NCBI RefSeq assembly: GCF_030028105.1
Contig: NC_092395.1
Span: 32,022,424-32,086,423 of the forward strand
Source of the DNA: Mobula birostris
Taxonomy: Eukaryota
Reading direction: 5' to 3'
Length of the DNA stretch: 64,000 nucleotides
Shown here: positions 1 to 13,057 of the stretch, in pieces
Layout: the number at the start of each line of letters is the position of its first letter
Numbering within the stretch: the stretch's first letter is position 1
Position numbers and translations under genes: made by a program
Notes under the pieces: generated by a model
Seen by the model: the letters and a program-made list of their open reading frames with translations, nothing else
Databases searched by the model: none
Told to the model about the DNA's origin: nothing

Positions 1-122
1 AGGGTCTCGGCCTGAAACGTCGACTGTACCTCTTCCTACAGATACTGCCTGGCCTGCTGCGTTCACCAGCAAATTTGATGTGTGTTGCTTGAATTTCCAG
101 CATCTGCAGAATTCCTGTTGTT
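1..122 (+). mobile_element. Penelope-like element terminal repeat (truncated by window edge)
   Basis: Nearly identical to copies at 23663, 41984 and 61085, the last linked to a GIY-YIG ORF. Confidence 0.8.
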
Positions 123-154
123 TCCAACTATCTTTCTCATTCTTTGAAACAAAT

Positions 155-690
155 AGTCATAGTCATACTTTATTGATCCTGGGGGAAATTGGTTTTCGTT
201 ACAGTTGCACCATAAATAATAAATAGTTATAGAACCATAAATAGTTAAATAGTAATATGTAAATTATGCCAGTAAATTATGAAATAAGTCCAGGACCAGC
301 CTATCGGCTCAGGGTGTCTGACCCTCCAAGGGAGGAGTTGTAAAGTTTGATGGCCACAGGCAGGAATGACTTCTTATGATGCTCTGTGCTGCATCTCGGT
401 GGAATGAGTCTCTGGCTGAATGTACTCCTGTGCCCACCCAGTACATTATGTAGTGGATGGGAGACATTGACCAAGATGGCATGCAACTTGGACAGCATCC
501 TCTTTTCAGACACCACCGTGAGAGAGTCCAGTTCCATCCCCACAACATCACTGGCCTTACGAATGAGTTTGTTGATTCTGTTGGTGTCTGCTACCCTCAG
601 CCTGCTGCCCCAGCACACAACAGCAGACATGATAGCACTGGCCATCACAGACTCGTAGGACATCCTTAGCATTGTCCAACAGATGTTAAA
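155..690 (-). mobile_element. Rex1/Babar-type LINE, 3' fragment
   Basis: ORF 301-672 (..SFLPVAIKLYNSS), AATAAA plus (ATGACT)n tail; highly similar to the copy at 50400. Confidence 0.8.
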
Positions 691-761
691 GGAATTCTTA
701 CAAAAATGTGTTTTTAAAGCATCAAAGTTATTATTCAGGAACCTAGCAGAATGGATTAGGA

Positions 762-912
762 ATCTTTTAAGAGACTCCTGGAGAGGTACATGGAGCTTAG
801 AAAAATAAGAGTGCTATGGGTAACCCTAGGTAATTTCTAAGGTAAGTACACGTTCGGCACAGCATCGTGGGCTGAATAGTCTGTATTGTGTTGTAGGTTT
901 TCTATGTTTCTA
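762..912 (+). mobile_element. CR1 LINE, short 3' end
   Basis: Same sequence as the 3' end of the CR1 at 28906; tctatgtt tail. Confidence 0.7.
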
Positions 913-1779
913 TTTCTACACACCACAAATACCTTTGCTACACATTGGAGTTATACTCTAGAATTAACCTGTGTTCAGATAGAAGTTTGCCTCTCACAGT
1001 CAGTAGCAGCAACTCATGGCCAATGAGCCTCTATATAACAAACATCTTCAGAGTTACCTCAAGGTGAGAAAAGAATCACAAGTGTGTATCTCTAAAAGTT
1101 AATAAGAATAGTTGCATATTTGTTTCAACGAATAATGCAAAAGTATATTAAATAGAATGGATTTCTACTCTAACTACTCTATTTTAGCTCAGTGCATACC
1201 AACATTGCCACAAAAGTTTCTAGTTTAATCATCTCAGGTGGCCAGTTCCAAACTGAAGGATAAGTGTTAGCATACCATTGGCCTTAACACCATGCTGATC
1301 ACTGCCCAAGTATTTCCACCTCTATTTTAAACAATAGAGGTCAAGTGGATTTTGATGAATCATACAGATTATTTCCCAGGTATCTCATTCTGCTCTAAAC
1401 ACCGTACCGAATCGGTCAGGTGTTCGATGCTGAAGACTAACGTGGGCCTTTTACACAGGGCACCAATACCACTATAACGAAAGAAGCAATTAACAGAGAT
1501 AGTAATGGACCTGTTCCTGTTCCTGTTGTTACCTTTGGTGAGATTGGGACCCACTCTGAAAGAGTTGCGCGGCTTTACTCTTCCTACCCCGTCTTCTTCA
1601 CCCTCAACGCTGACTTTCCCTGACATCATTCCCCACGTTTGCAACTCTTCACTAGACCCTGCTTCACCAACTTTCCGCAGCTAACGGGAGAGCCATTTGA
1701 ATTTGACAGGATACTCATTCTCAATCAAGCCGCAGACATCTGATGCCAGGAGGTAGGAACAATCTTGGGAACCACATTC

Positions 1780-1960
1780 TTACCCGGTAGCCGCGGCTCC
1801 CGGCCGCCGCCATGTTACCGTTGGATGACCTTCTATGGCGGAAATGACGTGTCTTGAGCATGACGTCAGTCAACGACGCGTCATGGCGACGATGGAGCAA
1901 CCGGATTAGCGCCAAAATATGAATGTGACGATAGAACAGCACAATATTATACCGCGCTAA
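1780..1960 (-). promoter_or_regulatory. CpG-island promoter with ETS-CRE composite, full CRE and YY1-like site
   Basis: CGGAAATGACGT at 1839-1850; TGACGTCA at 1861-1868; AACATGGCGGC overlapping the ATG. Confidence 0.65.
1784..1813 (-). CDS. First coding exon (MAAAGSRGYR) of a gene continuing left of the window; candidate TIMM44, unconfirmed
   Basis: Strong Kozak aacATGG, donor CGG|gtaaga, CpG island. Identity rests only on a presequence-like peptide and recalled linkage. Confidence 0.6.
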
Positions 1961-2009
1961 TTCAAACATCGAACTAAACTAATCCCTTCTGCCTTCACAA
2001 TGTCCGTAT

Positions 2010-3845
2010 CCCTCTATTTTCTGCACATACATGTCTATTTTAAGAGCCCTTTAAATGTCTTTGGTTCCACCACTATCCCCGGCAGCGCATTCCCACACTG
2101 TCTGGGGGAGTCTTCAAAGGTCAAAGTAAAATTTATTATCAGGAGTACACATATGTCTCTACATACAACCCTGAGATTCCTTTTCCTGCGGGCATACTTA
2201 GCTATGGAAAAGTAACTAAACAGGATCAATGAACAACAAACTGTCCAAACGCAAATATAAATAAATAGCAATAAATAACGAGCATGAAATAACAAGAAAA
2301 AGAGTCCTTAAAGTGAGATCATCAGTTGTGGGAACGCCAGAAATAGGATGAGTAGTTATCCTCTATTGTTCAAGAACCAGATGGTTGAAGGGTCATAACT
2401 GTTCCTGGAAACTGGTGGTCCTAGTCCTGAGGCACCTCTACCTTCTACCTGATGGCAGCAGGGAGAAAAGTGAATGGCCTGGGTGGTGAGGATCTTAGAT
2501 TATGGAAGCTACTTTCTTACGGCAACTTTTCATGTAGATGTGTTCAATGGTTGGGAAGGTTTCACCCATGATGTACAGGGCCAAATCCACCACCAGTTGT
2601 ACGCTAAAAGGCATTGGTGTTCCCATACCAGGCCGTAATGCAGCCAATCAGCACACTTTCCACCACACATCAAAAGAAGCTTGCCAAGGTTTTTGTTGAC
2701 ATGCCAAATCTCCACAAACTCCTGAGGAAGAAGAGGTGCTGTTGTACTTTCTTTGCAATTATATTTATATGATGGGTCCAGGACTGGTTGTCTGAGATGG
2801 TGACACCTGGGAATTTAAAGTTGCTAACCCTCTCCACCTCTGATCCTCCAATAATTACTGGCTTATGGACCTCTGGTTTCTCTCCCTGAGGTCTACAATC
2901 AGTTCCTTGGTCTTATTGGCATTGAGTGAGAGGTTGTGGTTATTACACCACTCAGTCAAGTTTTCAGTCTTCCTCCTGTATGCTGATTCATCACCACCTT
3001 TGATACAGCCCACAACAGCAACCGTACTGTGTGTGGTGTTGAAGCTGTACTTAGACACACAGAGTTGCAAAATGAGTAGAGCAGGGGGCTAAGCACAGCC
3101 CTGTGGTGCTCCTGTGCTGATGGAAGTATTGCTCTTTAAACATATCCTCTCTCTCTCTCTCTCTCCCCCCTTAAATGAATGCTGTCTAGTGTTAGACATT
3201 TCAACACTGGGAAAGAGATACAGGCTGTATACCTCATGCCTCTCGTAATCTTACGAACTTTATCCAGGTCTCCTCACAGCCTCCTCTGTTCTACACAAAA
3301 CAACCAAAGTTTGTCCAACATTTTCTTATAGCGCATAAACTCTAATCCGGACCAAAATTTTGTAAGCCTCTTCTAAACTCCCTCCAAAGTTTCCACATCT
3401 TTTCCATAATGGGGCGACCGAAACTAAATGCAATACTGTATTTCAGATGCAGCTGAAATAGAGTTTTATATAACTGCAACATAACTTCCAGACCCCTGAA
3501 TTCACTTGCCTCGACTAATGAAGGCAAGCATGCCAAATGCCTTCTTTACCAACCTCTCAATCTGTGTACCCACTTCAACAGACTTGGACACTAAAATCCC
3601 TCAATATAGCAACATTGTCATGGATCTTGATGTGTACTATCCCTTTACATTTGACCTCCCAAAATGCAGCACCTAACACCTGACCGGATTAAACTATTAC
3701 CGGCCACTTTTCCACCCATATCTGCAACCAGTCTATATCCTGTATTACCCTTTAGCAATCTACTACACTATCCAGAATGCCACTAATCTTTGTATAGTTT
3801 GCAAACCCACTAACCCACCCATCTATGTTTTCATAAAGTCAGGGG
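2010..3845 (-). mobile_element. Decayed CR1 LINE interrupted by a Rex1-like LINE (~2115-3125)
   Basis: CR1-like VMLQLYKTL...HLKY remnant; Rex1-like LTEWCNNHNLSLNANKTKELIVDLR. Confidence 0.7.
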
Positions 3846-3925
3846 ATTTAAAGGCTTACACAGAGAATTGACAAGGAACCAGGAAGATGTACCACCCAAT
3901 TATGAAATCTACTACCCGCATTCAT

Positions 3926-4236
3926 GGAGGCATCCGTTAGTCTTGCGAGACCATGGATCTGCACCTGGAAAGTCTTCACTCTCCAGGGCGCAGGCCTGGG
4001 CAAGGTTGTATGGAAGACCAGCAGTTGCCCATGCTGCAAGTCTCCCCTCTCCATGACACTGATGGTGTTCCAAGGGAGGGGCATTAGGACCCATACAGCT
4101 TGGCACCAGTGTCGCCGCAGAGCAATGTGTGGTTAAGTACCTTGCTCAAGGACACAACATGCTGCCTCGGCTGGGGCTCGAACTCACGACCTTCAGGTCG
4201 CTAGTCCAATGCCTTAACCACTTGGCCACGTGCCCT
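3926..4236 (-). mobile_element. tRNA-derived SINE with 11-bp TSD
   Basis: A box TGGCCAAGTGG, B box GTTCGAGCC; TSD cccgcattcat at 3915-3925 and 4237-4247; second copy at 47895. Confidence 0.85.
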
Positions 4237-5063
4237 CCCGCATTCATATGCCAAAGGGAATATCATCCAGATGAAAGGTCTTGACTAAAAATGGCAACTG
4301 TACATTTTGCACCAGATGTTGCCTGATCCACTGAGCTCCTCCAGCAGACAACTTTGTTTTTGACCCAGGAGGCTGGCGTTAAGCAGGCCAGCGTGACCAG
4401 TGCAGTGGCTGCACCTTGGTTGGCATGGAGATTGCGAATCATTGTTGGTGCTGACAGCTACCCCACATGCAGTGATCCTACTTTTCCTTTCTCTCTGTAT
4501 CCAACTGGATAGGGTAGAAACTGTTGCCTCTTGTCCTCAGTTTGACCGCACACCTTGCCAAAGCCAAGAGATTTTTAAATTACCAGGGTCAATATCCTCT
4601 GGCCACCATTGAACCTGTCACCGTGTAGAAGTATCCAGTCCATTGATAGACACTTCAATCATCTTCAGTGGGAAGTGAAGAAAGAGAAGGTAGAATCTAG
4701 ACAGTCAACACGTGGAGCAGATGCTGAAACTACCCAGCGTTGTCCTGCTGTTGTCAGCCAAGGCCCAGCCCTGAGCTCCATATGTGGGTGCATGCTTGCT
4801 AATTTTTATCCTCATAAGTAGCCTCTCTACACAGAATCCTAGGCAATTCATTACTTCAGTTCTGTTCATGGAAAGGTGTGTTGTGAATCAGGAGATCAAA
4901 GAAATTGGTAATAGTAAAAAAAAACTTTTGAAATTAAAAGGACAAAAAGACAACAAGCTCCAGCACCTAATTCCTGCATCTTTGGGTTTATGGAAGTTGC
5001 TACGGAGATGATGGATGCAATGATTGTCTCGTAAAAATTGTTACATTTATAACAATTTCTTTA

Positions 5064-8000
5064 CACTTAGTGGCCACTTTATTAGGTACAGAGGTAGAAC
5101 GCAGTATGGTCCCCTGCTGCTGTACCCATCCACTTCAATGTTCAACGTATTTTGTGTTCAGATGATCCTCTGCACACCACTGTTGTAACATATGGTCTAT
5201 TTGAGTTACTGTCACCTTCCTGTCAACTTGAAGCCGTCTGTCCCTTCTCCTCTGACCTCTCTCATTAACAAGGCATTTTTGCCTACAGAACTGCTGCTCA
5301 CTAGATTTTTTTTGTTTGTTTTTTGCACTATTCTCTGTAAACTAGAGACTAGTGTGGAAGAAAATCCAAAATCAGCAGTTCCTAAGATACTCAAACCACC
5401 CTGTCTGGCACCAACCATCATTCTTTCTACCTTTATTAATCTTTTTATTGATTTAAAAGGAACATAAATACAATCAAGAGGAGAATTATCTCAAATATAT
5501 ATATCAACAACAATACAAACCAAGATTAAGATAGACATTGTCAAAATCATACATATTGTTAAGCTAGTATAAAATATAATTAAAAATTGAAAACAGCAAT
5601 TCTCCTCTTATCAGTTCATGAAGAGGAAAGAAAAAACATTGAGTTTTAAATGGAGAGAAAAGAAAACCCACTACACTATATATGAAAAAAAGAAACAAAG
5701 GAAAAAGGGACTGGGCAGTCCATTTTGAGGATACGACCAAAAAAAAAGAAAGAAAGACTTACTGATCAAATCTAAAACTTTGAGAAAAGAAGATTGGAAG
5801 AGTAATAAATCAAATTAAATGAAAATATTGGATAAAAGGTAGCCAGATTTGCTCAAATTTAAAGGATGTATCAAATGTCCGACTTCTTATTTTCTCTAAA
5901 CTTAAACAGGACATAATAGAAGAGAGCCAATAAAAGACCGTAGGTGGATTAGAATCCCTTCACTTCAATAAAATGGCTCTCCTAGCCAGTAAGGTCAAAA
6001 AGGCTATCATACATTGAGGAGAAACAGGAATATTTCCTGCTTCCAATAGGATAATCCCAAAAATTGCCGTAAGCAAATTAGGTTGTAGATCCAGATCCAA
6101 GACCTTTGATAGCATTTTAAAAACATCTGTCCAAAAGTTATCTAGCTTTATACATGACCAATACATGAGTTAGTGCTAGCTTATCCTTTGACATATGGGC
6201 CCGATGCACTACCTTGAACTGCATCAACGAATGACAGGCACAAATAGATGAGATGTTAAGCAAATGAAATTTTTTTCTCCATTGATTATCTGAAAATGAC
6301 TCTTGAAATTCCGATTCCCAAGCGCGTTTAATTTTATCAGTAGATATCATTCGTGAGTTCAATAACTGTTTATAGATTATAGCTATCAACCCTTTTTGAA
6401 ATAGTTTAAACTGAAAGAGAGCGTCTGTCATATTAGGTGGATAAGCAGAAGAGTAATTTGGCAACAAACCACGTAAAAAATTCCTAATTTGTAAATATCT
6501 AAAAAAGTGTACATTAGATAAATCATATTTATCCACTAACTGAGAAAAAGACATTAAACAGTCCCCTAAAAACAAATCTGAAAAAGTTATTATTCCCTTG
6601 GTCTTCCAAATTAAAAAGGCCTTATCCGAAATTGACGGTTTAAAAAAAAATTGAGATGGATATTGCTAGAAAGAATAAAATTATTTATCCAAAAAATCTA
6701 CAAAACTGAAACCAAATCCTTAATGTATGTCTAATAATGCGATTAAAATCTTGTCTACTAATCTTAGAAAACAAAAAGGGAAGAGGAGCTCCCAGTAAAG
6801 AGGCCAAAGAGAATCCTTTCACCGAGTTTTCCTCCAAATCCAACCATGAAGGACATTCATGTATATCTGATTAGTGAATCCAAAAAGTAATATACCGAAC
6901 ATTAATTGCCCAATAGTACATTCTAAAGTTAGGCAAAGCCATACCACCATCCTGTTTTAATTTCTGAAATAAGGGCTTACTCAATCTAGGATTTTTAATG
7001 TTCCAAATGTAAGAAAAGATTATAGAATCTATTCTGTCAAAGAACTTTTTAGGAACAATGGAAGGAACTGCCTGAAATGTATATAAGAATTTAAGTAAAA
7101 CTATCATTTTAATAGCATTAATTTGACCTATTAATGATAATGTCATAGGTGACCATTTAGAAAGCGTTTGGTGTAGCCAATTAATGGAAAAAAATATATG
7201 TATAGAGATCCTTAAAATTTTTAGTAATTTTAATACCAAGATAGGTAACGTAATTTTTAGCAATACTAAAAGGTACTCAATGATTTGGATGACTAGGAAA
7301 TAACTCACTTTTATGTAAATTTAATTTATACCCAGAAAAGGAACCGAATTCAGAAAATATAGATAACATAGAAGGAATAGATTTCCTAGGATCTGAAATA
7401 TTCAACAGGTCATCTGCATATAACAAAACCTTGTGTATTTTGTCCCCTCTCTTAATACCCTGAACAGTATTAGAATCTCTAAGAGCAATAGCAAGGGGTT
7501 CTAAGGTCAAGTTAAATAATAAAGGGCTAAGAGGGCATCCCTGTCGAGTACCCCTATATAATCTAGAATAGGGAGATTTTTGATTATTAGTTATAACACC
7601 AGCCATAGGAGCATGATAGATCAATTTAATCCAGGAAATAAATCCTGGGCCAAGATTAAATCTTTCCCTGGTCAAAGTCACTTAGATCTCATTTCAACTT
7701 AAAGTTTATTGTCATTCAACCACACATGATTACCCATGAATACAGCCAAACGAAACAGCATTACTCCAGGGCCAAGACGCAAAACGCAATACCAACAGAC
7801 ATGCACACCATGAGATGCATATAACACATAAAATGACAGTAAAATAGAATTACACAAAAAAACATAGTCCAAGTACCCAGGTCCATGTATGTTGCAGCAT
7901 TCTTTCTGTAACACGAACACAATAAAGCCTGTCTTCTGCTGAGCAAACAACTGGGGGAAACCATACCATACTGCCTCCAACACTCCAGTGGGACACCCGA

Positions 8001-8330
8001 TTCAATGCCTCCCCCAGGGCGGCTGCAAACAAGCAACACAACTTAAGGTCTAGTCCTCACTGCAACTGAGGCCACACAGCTTCCCTCCTCCCACCGCATT
8101 CCCCCCCCCCATTCACCAATAATTTGGAATTGCAGCATTCCACACCACCAATGTCCAACAGGGTCTTGTGATCGCAAGCAACTAAGATGATCACTGTTAG
8201 ACTGAACCATTCTGTTTGGTCTGAACTGAAACTCGTGACTATGTCTGCATGCTTTTATGTATTGAGTTGCTGATTAGACACTTGCATAAATGAGGTGTAC
8301 TGGTGTACCTAATAAAGTGGCCATTATGTG
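5064..8330. mobile_element. Tc1/mariner-type non-autonomous element carrying nested insertions
   Basis: TIRs cacttagtggccactttattaggtaca / tgtacctaataaagtggccattatgtg flanked by TA; related copy at 47692-48381. Confidence 0.75.
5424..7667 (-). mobile_element. L1-clade LINE, 5'-truncated, ORF2 disrupted
   Basis: RGTRQGCPLSPLLF, LYADDLL, GYKLNLHKS, GGMALPNFRMYYWA across frameshifted ORFs. Confidence 0.9.
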
Positions 8331-8529
8331 TACATCAAAGCAAATGTAACAATAGTTGAAGGAACTATATACAAGATCAGCTGGCATCAGTAGTAGCAAA
8401 ATCAAGTAATGTTTTTATTAAAGAAGTGGACAGAAACTGGATTTATAAAAGGAACATTATATTTGACAGTTCTCTTGGAGTGACAGCCAGAAACAGAATA
8501 GATTCTAGCATCACAGTCATGTAGCAGAG

Positions 8530-8780
8530 AGCACGACATTATTACAGTTCAGGTTATCAGAGCTCAGAGTTCAATTCTAGCACCGTTTGTAAGGAGTTTG
8601 TGCTTTCTCCCCACAACAACCTGGATTTCCTCTGGGTGCTCCAGTTTCCTCCCACAGTCCAAAAACATACTGGTTAGTAGGGCAACTGGTCATTATAAAA
8701 TGTCCTGTAATTAGGGTTGCTGGGTAGCGCAGCTCAATGGTCTGGAAGTGCCTGTTCTGCGCTATATCTTAAAATGAATA
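8530..8780 (+). mobile_element. V-SINE-like element (decayed)
   Basis: V-domain-like tttcctctgggtgctccagtttcctcccacagtccaaaaaca; weaker relatives near 44340-44520 and 56060-56230. Confidence 0.65.
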
Positions 8781-9485
8781 CAAGCAAAGCAATTGATATA
8801 TATGGACTTTCAGGAGGTCACAAAAAGCCAAACAAATGTTTAGACAAAATTAGAACTCACAGTAGGGAAGATTAACAAGATTAATTCCTAGGATAACAAG
8901 ATTTAGCAGTTTAAGCTGATACTATAGACTTAGAACAAAAATCTTAAGAGGCTTGATAGAATGGATCTATCTTGTAATTGGTCACAATCAAAATAAGGGG
9001 CTGCCTTTTCAGGACTGAAAAGTCATCTTTTTTCACCCAAGAGTAGTAAACACTTCTGCAGTTCTTGGCAAGAGAGGAGGATGGTCATGTTGAATGGCAA
9101 GCTTGTGCTTCTATTTCTCATATAAACAAGATACAGGGTGACTCTAGTCAAGCAACTTCTGTGGAGAGAGAGAAAAAAACAATTAATAAAGCAATGAAAT
9201 CTCATCTGATATGTTCTGTGGGTATCCAAGAGATAACATTGAACAAGTTAGAGAGAGATTTTAGCATCTGCTTTATCGTGGGTAATTTGTTGCTAGAGAT
9301 ATAGGATATCTTAAGGTCTCAAGGTCAAACAGGAAATTAAAGATTGCAAGTAGCTTGATTCAGCTATTCTAAGGATTTGTGCTGGAGGCATTAATGGTTG
9401 TTTTGTCAATCCAAGTAAACATTTGAGTCCCAAGTCTACAAGTGAATAGGATCGAATAGGCATACATATTGGTTATTAGCACTAG

Positions 9486-9885
9486 GATGATGATGAGATG
9501 AGGCCTCCATCAGTCAGGGTCGACCATGAAAGTTGCATCCTGGCTGTTGAGATACGCAAGCCAGGGCAGTACCATATGGAGAGCAAGCAGTTACCCATGT
9601 AACAAGCTCCCCCTCTCCTGGCATCTGATGAACCCAAAGAGCAGGGACCAATACAGATTGGCACCAGTAGCGTCACAGGAGTTGCCAGTCAGTGTTAAAC
9701 TCAACATAGGACTACCTTAGAGACTCAAGTTCTGGATTTCTCCCCCTTGGAGTTTACACCTGAAGCCTTCTTCATGAGTGGGTATAGCTGGAAGACAGAG
9801 GAGGCTTGAGATCAGTTTTCCTTCTCCTAGATGAGCTGCCAACCACAGCTGACAAGCCCCATCTGCTCAAAGCAACTGGTTTTAG
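9486..9885 (-). mobile_element. RTE-related non-LTR remnant
   Basis: (GAT)n end and partial similarity to the SINE at 3926; family assignment is tentative. Confidence 0.4.
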
Positions 9886-9913
9886 GGGAACATGACATAG
9901 ACACATTAAAATA

Positions 9914-10520
9914 TATGGGGTGATTGATAAGTTCGTGGCTTAAAGTAGGAGGAGTCAATTTTAGAAAACCTAGCACATTTATTTTTCAACATAGTCCCCT
10001 CCTTCATATACACACTTTGTCCAGCAGTCATGGAGCACACGAATCCCTTCTTTGTAGAAGTGATCAACAGCAGGGGTGATTGATAAGTTTGTGGCCTAAG
10101 ATGGAAGGAGATGAGTTATTAACTTCAAACTTTCTGCATTATCACTCAAAGAGTTGAACTGCATGTGCATGTAACGAGAACGTCTTGGACCTCCAGCTGG
10201 TCCACAGCAGGGGTGATTGATAAGTTTGTGGCCTAAAGTAGATGAGTTATACAGCTCTTATTACATGCACATGCAGTTCAACTGTGAGTGAAAATGCAGA
10301 AAGTTTGAAGTTTCTCCTCGTACTTTAGGTCACGAACTTATCAGTCACCCCTGTTGTGGACCACTTTCTGGAGGTCCAAGACACTGATTTCAACAAAGAA
10401 GGGATCTGTATGCTCTATGACTGCTGGACTAAGTGTGTAAACGTAGGAAAAATAACTGTGCTAGATTTTCTAAAATTTTCTCTTTCTACCTTGGGCCACA
10501 AACTTATCAATCACCCCTTG
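9914..10520. mobile_element. Mariner-type MITE with five TIR copies
   Basis: ggggtgattgataagtt at 9917, 10073 and 10210; inverted copies at 10335-10351 and 10501-10517; ends at TA. Confidence 0.75.
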
Positions 10521-11124
10521 TACTTTCAGTGAGAACAATTAACAGTAACAAAAATGGAGATCGGTAATGAATTTCCAGATTCTGATGCTTAGCTGTAAAA
10601 TATGACTACAGGATGCAAAGGGAGCCAAAGGCAAAGATGGAGGTTCTACCAAGGGGAAGCATAACAGATTGATGGCTGATTTCCACAGCACAATAAATCT
10701 ATAGAAAACAGGAAAAGGAACATTTTTCCCCCAGGCAGCCTTAGGTGCAATTCCTTTATGTATCAGAGCAGGAAATTTGCAGATACCAACACCATTAAAT
10801 CCATTGAACTTAGTTTGCTTTTGGCAAATTCGGTTTTTATTTTGGACATAATTAGGGCTTCTGAATATTAAGTTAAGGATTGTAGCTCTTTAATATTAAT
10901 AGATTAAATCATGCAAGTACCCAACAGGGCTTAGATAACTAAACCAACTAAAATAAGGTGTCACTGAAAGAAGCAATGCCTCAGTAAGAAAAAAATTGAA
11001 TTATTGGTGAGTTACTTTCTGTTTTAGATTAGTTCATCAGGAGTCATGAACATAATAGGTTCTACAACAATCCAACTAACAGCATTGAAGTTACAAGTTT
11101 CAAGCTTCTGGGCAAAACTAGAAG

Positions 11125-12400
11125 TGATTTAAGAGAATGATACCAGGAATGAAACTTACATGAGCACTTCTGATGGTTCTGAGCCTGTACTCACTGGAGC
11201 TCAGAATGATGAATCAGAATCAAGTTTATCACCACCAGCATGTCATGAAATGTGTTAATTCAGCAGCAGCAGTTCAATGCAATACGTAATATAGAAGGAA
11301 AAAGTAATAAAGTAAATCAATTACAGTACACATATATTGAATAGATTAAGAATAGTGCAATAGAAATAATGTATAGAAATAAGGTAGTGTTCATGGGTTC
11401 AATGTCCATTTAGGAATCGGATGGCAGAGAGGAAGTTGTTCCTGAATCGCTGAGTGTGTGCCTTCAGGCTTCTGTACCTATCTGATGGTAACAATGAGAA
11501 AAGCGCATGCCCTGGGTACTGGAGGTCCTTAATATTGGATGCTGCCTGGACACCGCTCCTCCAAGATGTCCTGGCTACTTTGTAAGCTAGTACCCAAAAT
11601 GGAGCCCACTAAATTTACAACCCTCTGCAACTTCTTTGTCCTGTGCAGTAGCCCCTCCATACCAGTGATGAAGCCTGTCAGAATGCTCTCCATGGTACAT
11701 CTATATTAGTTTTTAAGTGCATTTGCTGACATACCAAATCTTTTCAAACTCTGAATGAAGTAGTCATGCCTTCTTTATAATTGCATTGGTATGTTGGGAC
11801 CAGGTTAGGTCCTCAGAGATCTTGACACCCAAAAACCTGAATCTGCTCACCCTCTCCACTTCAGATTGGAACCTGTTCTGTCTTACCCTTCCTGAAGTCC
11901 ACAATCAGCTCTTTCGTCTTACTGCCATTGAGTGCAAGGTCATTCCTGCGACACCACTCCACTAGTTGGCTTATCTCGCTCCTGTAGGCCCTCTCGATAT
12001 CTGAGGAGTGGTGTGTGGGATTTTTCGTTTTAACACCCAGATGAAGTAGGATGGAGAGGATGTTTCCAACAGTGGGGGAGTCTAGGAATAACGACATTCC
12101 TTTAGGAGGAATTTCTTTAGGTCAGTGATGCACAACCAGGGTCCATGGCATAAAAGTTGGGAATCCCAGCTTTAGGCAGAGTAGTGAATCAATGGAATTC
12201 CATTGCTATAGTCAGCTATGGAGAACAAGTCACTGGGTATATTTAAAGCAGAAGTTGATAGGTGCTTGATTAGTAATGATGTCAAGGTTATGGGGAGGAG
12301 ATAGAAGAGTGGGTTTGATAAGGATAATCAGTCATGCTCAAGTGATTTAATAGACTTGAAGGCCAAATGGCCTAATTCTGCTCTTGCAGTATGCCTTACG
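11125..12400. mobile_element. Decayed CR1 (+) with nested Rex1-like LINE (-, ~11213-11995) and a tiny hAT MITE (12123-12169)
   Basis: LVEWCRRNDLALNGSKTKELIVDFRK remnant; CR1-like 3' UTR tggcctaattctgctc; MITE flanked by ctttaggt/ctttaggc. Confidence 0.65.
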
Positions 12401-13057
12401 GAAACTTACAATAAAATGCTTCAAAATTAACCCCATTGATACTATATGCTCTCAGGCCACACTTCAATTTTGATGCCGTAAGTGGTGGTGTTAAATGTTA
12501 ATAGATCAAGATGTTATTTTACCCTGAGGTACTTGAGGTAGAAAACTAGAGTAATTTCATACACAAGTAGCAAATTATCCCATTTAATTTTCATTCAAGT
12601 CCCATGAAGTATTCATTTAATGCTTCAACCCAAGTATATAGCGCAAGGTTAACCTTGTAATTTAAATGTGAAGTACTTTTGTTTTAAAAATCAAGTTCCC
12701 CATCTTCCTGTTCAGAAGATAATGGTGAGCCAGTGCTTTTGGAGTCACTGCAGTCACTTTGTATGTGGTCCTACATTGCTTTTTGCGTTTAATTCCAGGA
12801 TTTGGCTCAGCAACAAAGAAGGAATGGCAACGTACCTACAACTTTATCAATGCAATTTGTGGAAGAATGGTTTCAATTTTCTGCATCCAATTTGATTAGT
12901 TGGAAGTGTTGAAGAACTTGAGTTAATTTTAAACACCCACAAGAGGAAAATTGGGCAAAGTAATCTCTCAAAACAAGGACCCTCCCCCATCTACCAAATC
13001 TTAAAGCAAAATAAAAGTATAGATATCACTCATTGTACAAGATGTAGCTGAACAGAA

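Noticed and set aside
933-1030. Possible exon 2 of the left-hand gene (tag|AGGCTC...AAG|gtattt)
   Set aside because: In-frame stop before the donor in every frame tested.
4160-4236. tRNA-like sequence
   Set aside because: It is the head of a SINE with TSDs, not a tRNA gene.
9917-10230. Spaced direct repeats superficially like a CRISPR array
   Set aside because: Eukaryotic context, irregular spacing and inverted copies show these are transposon TIRs.
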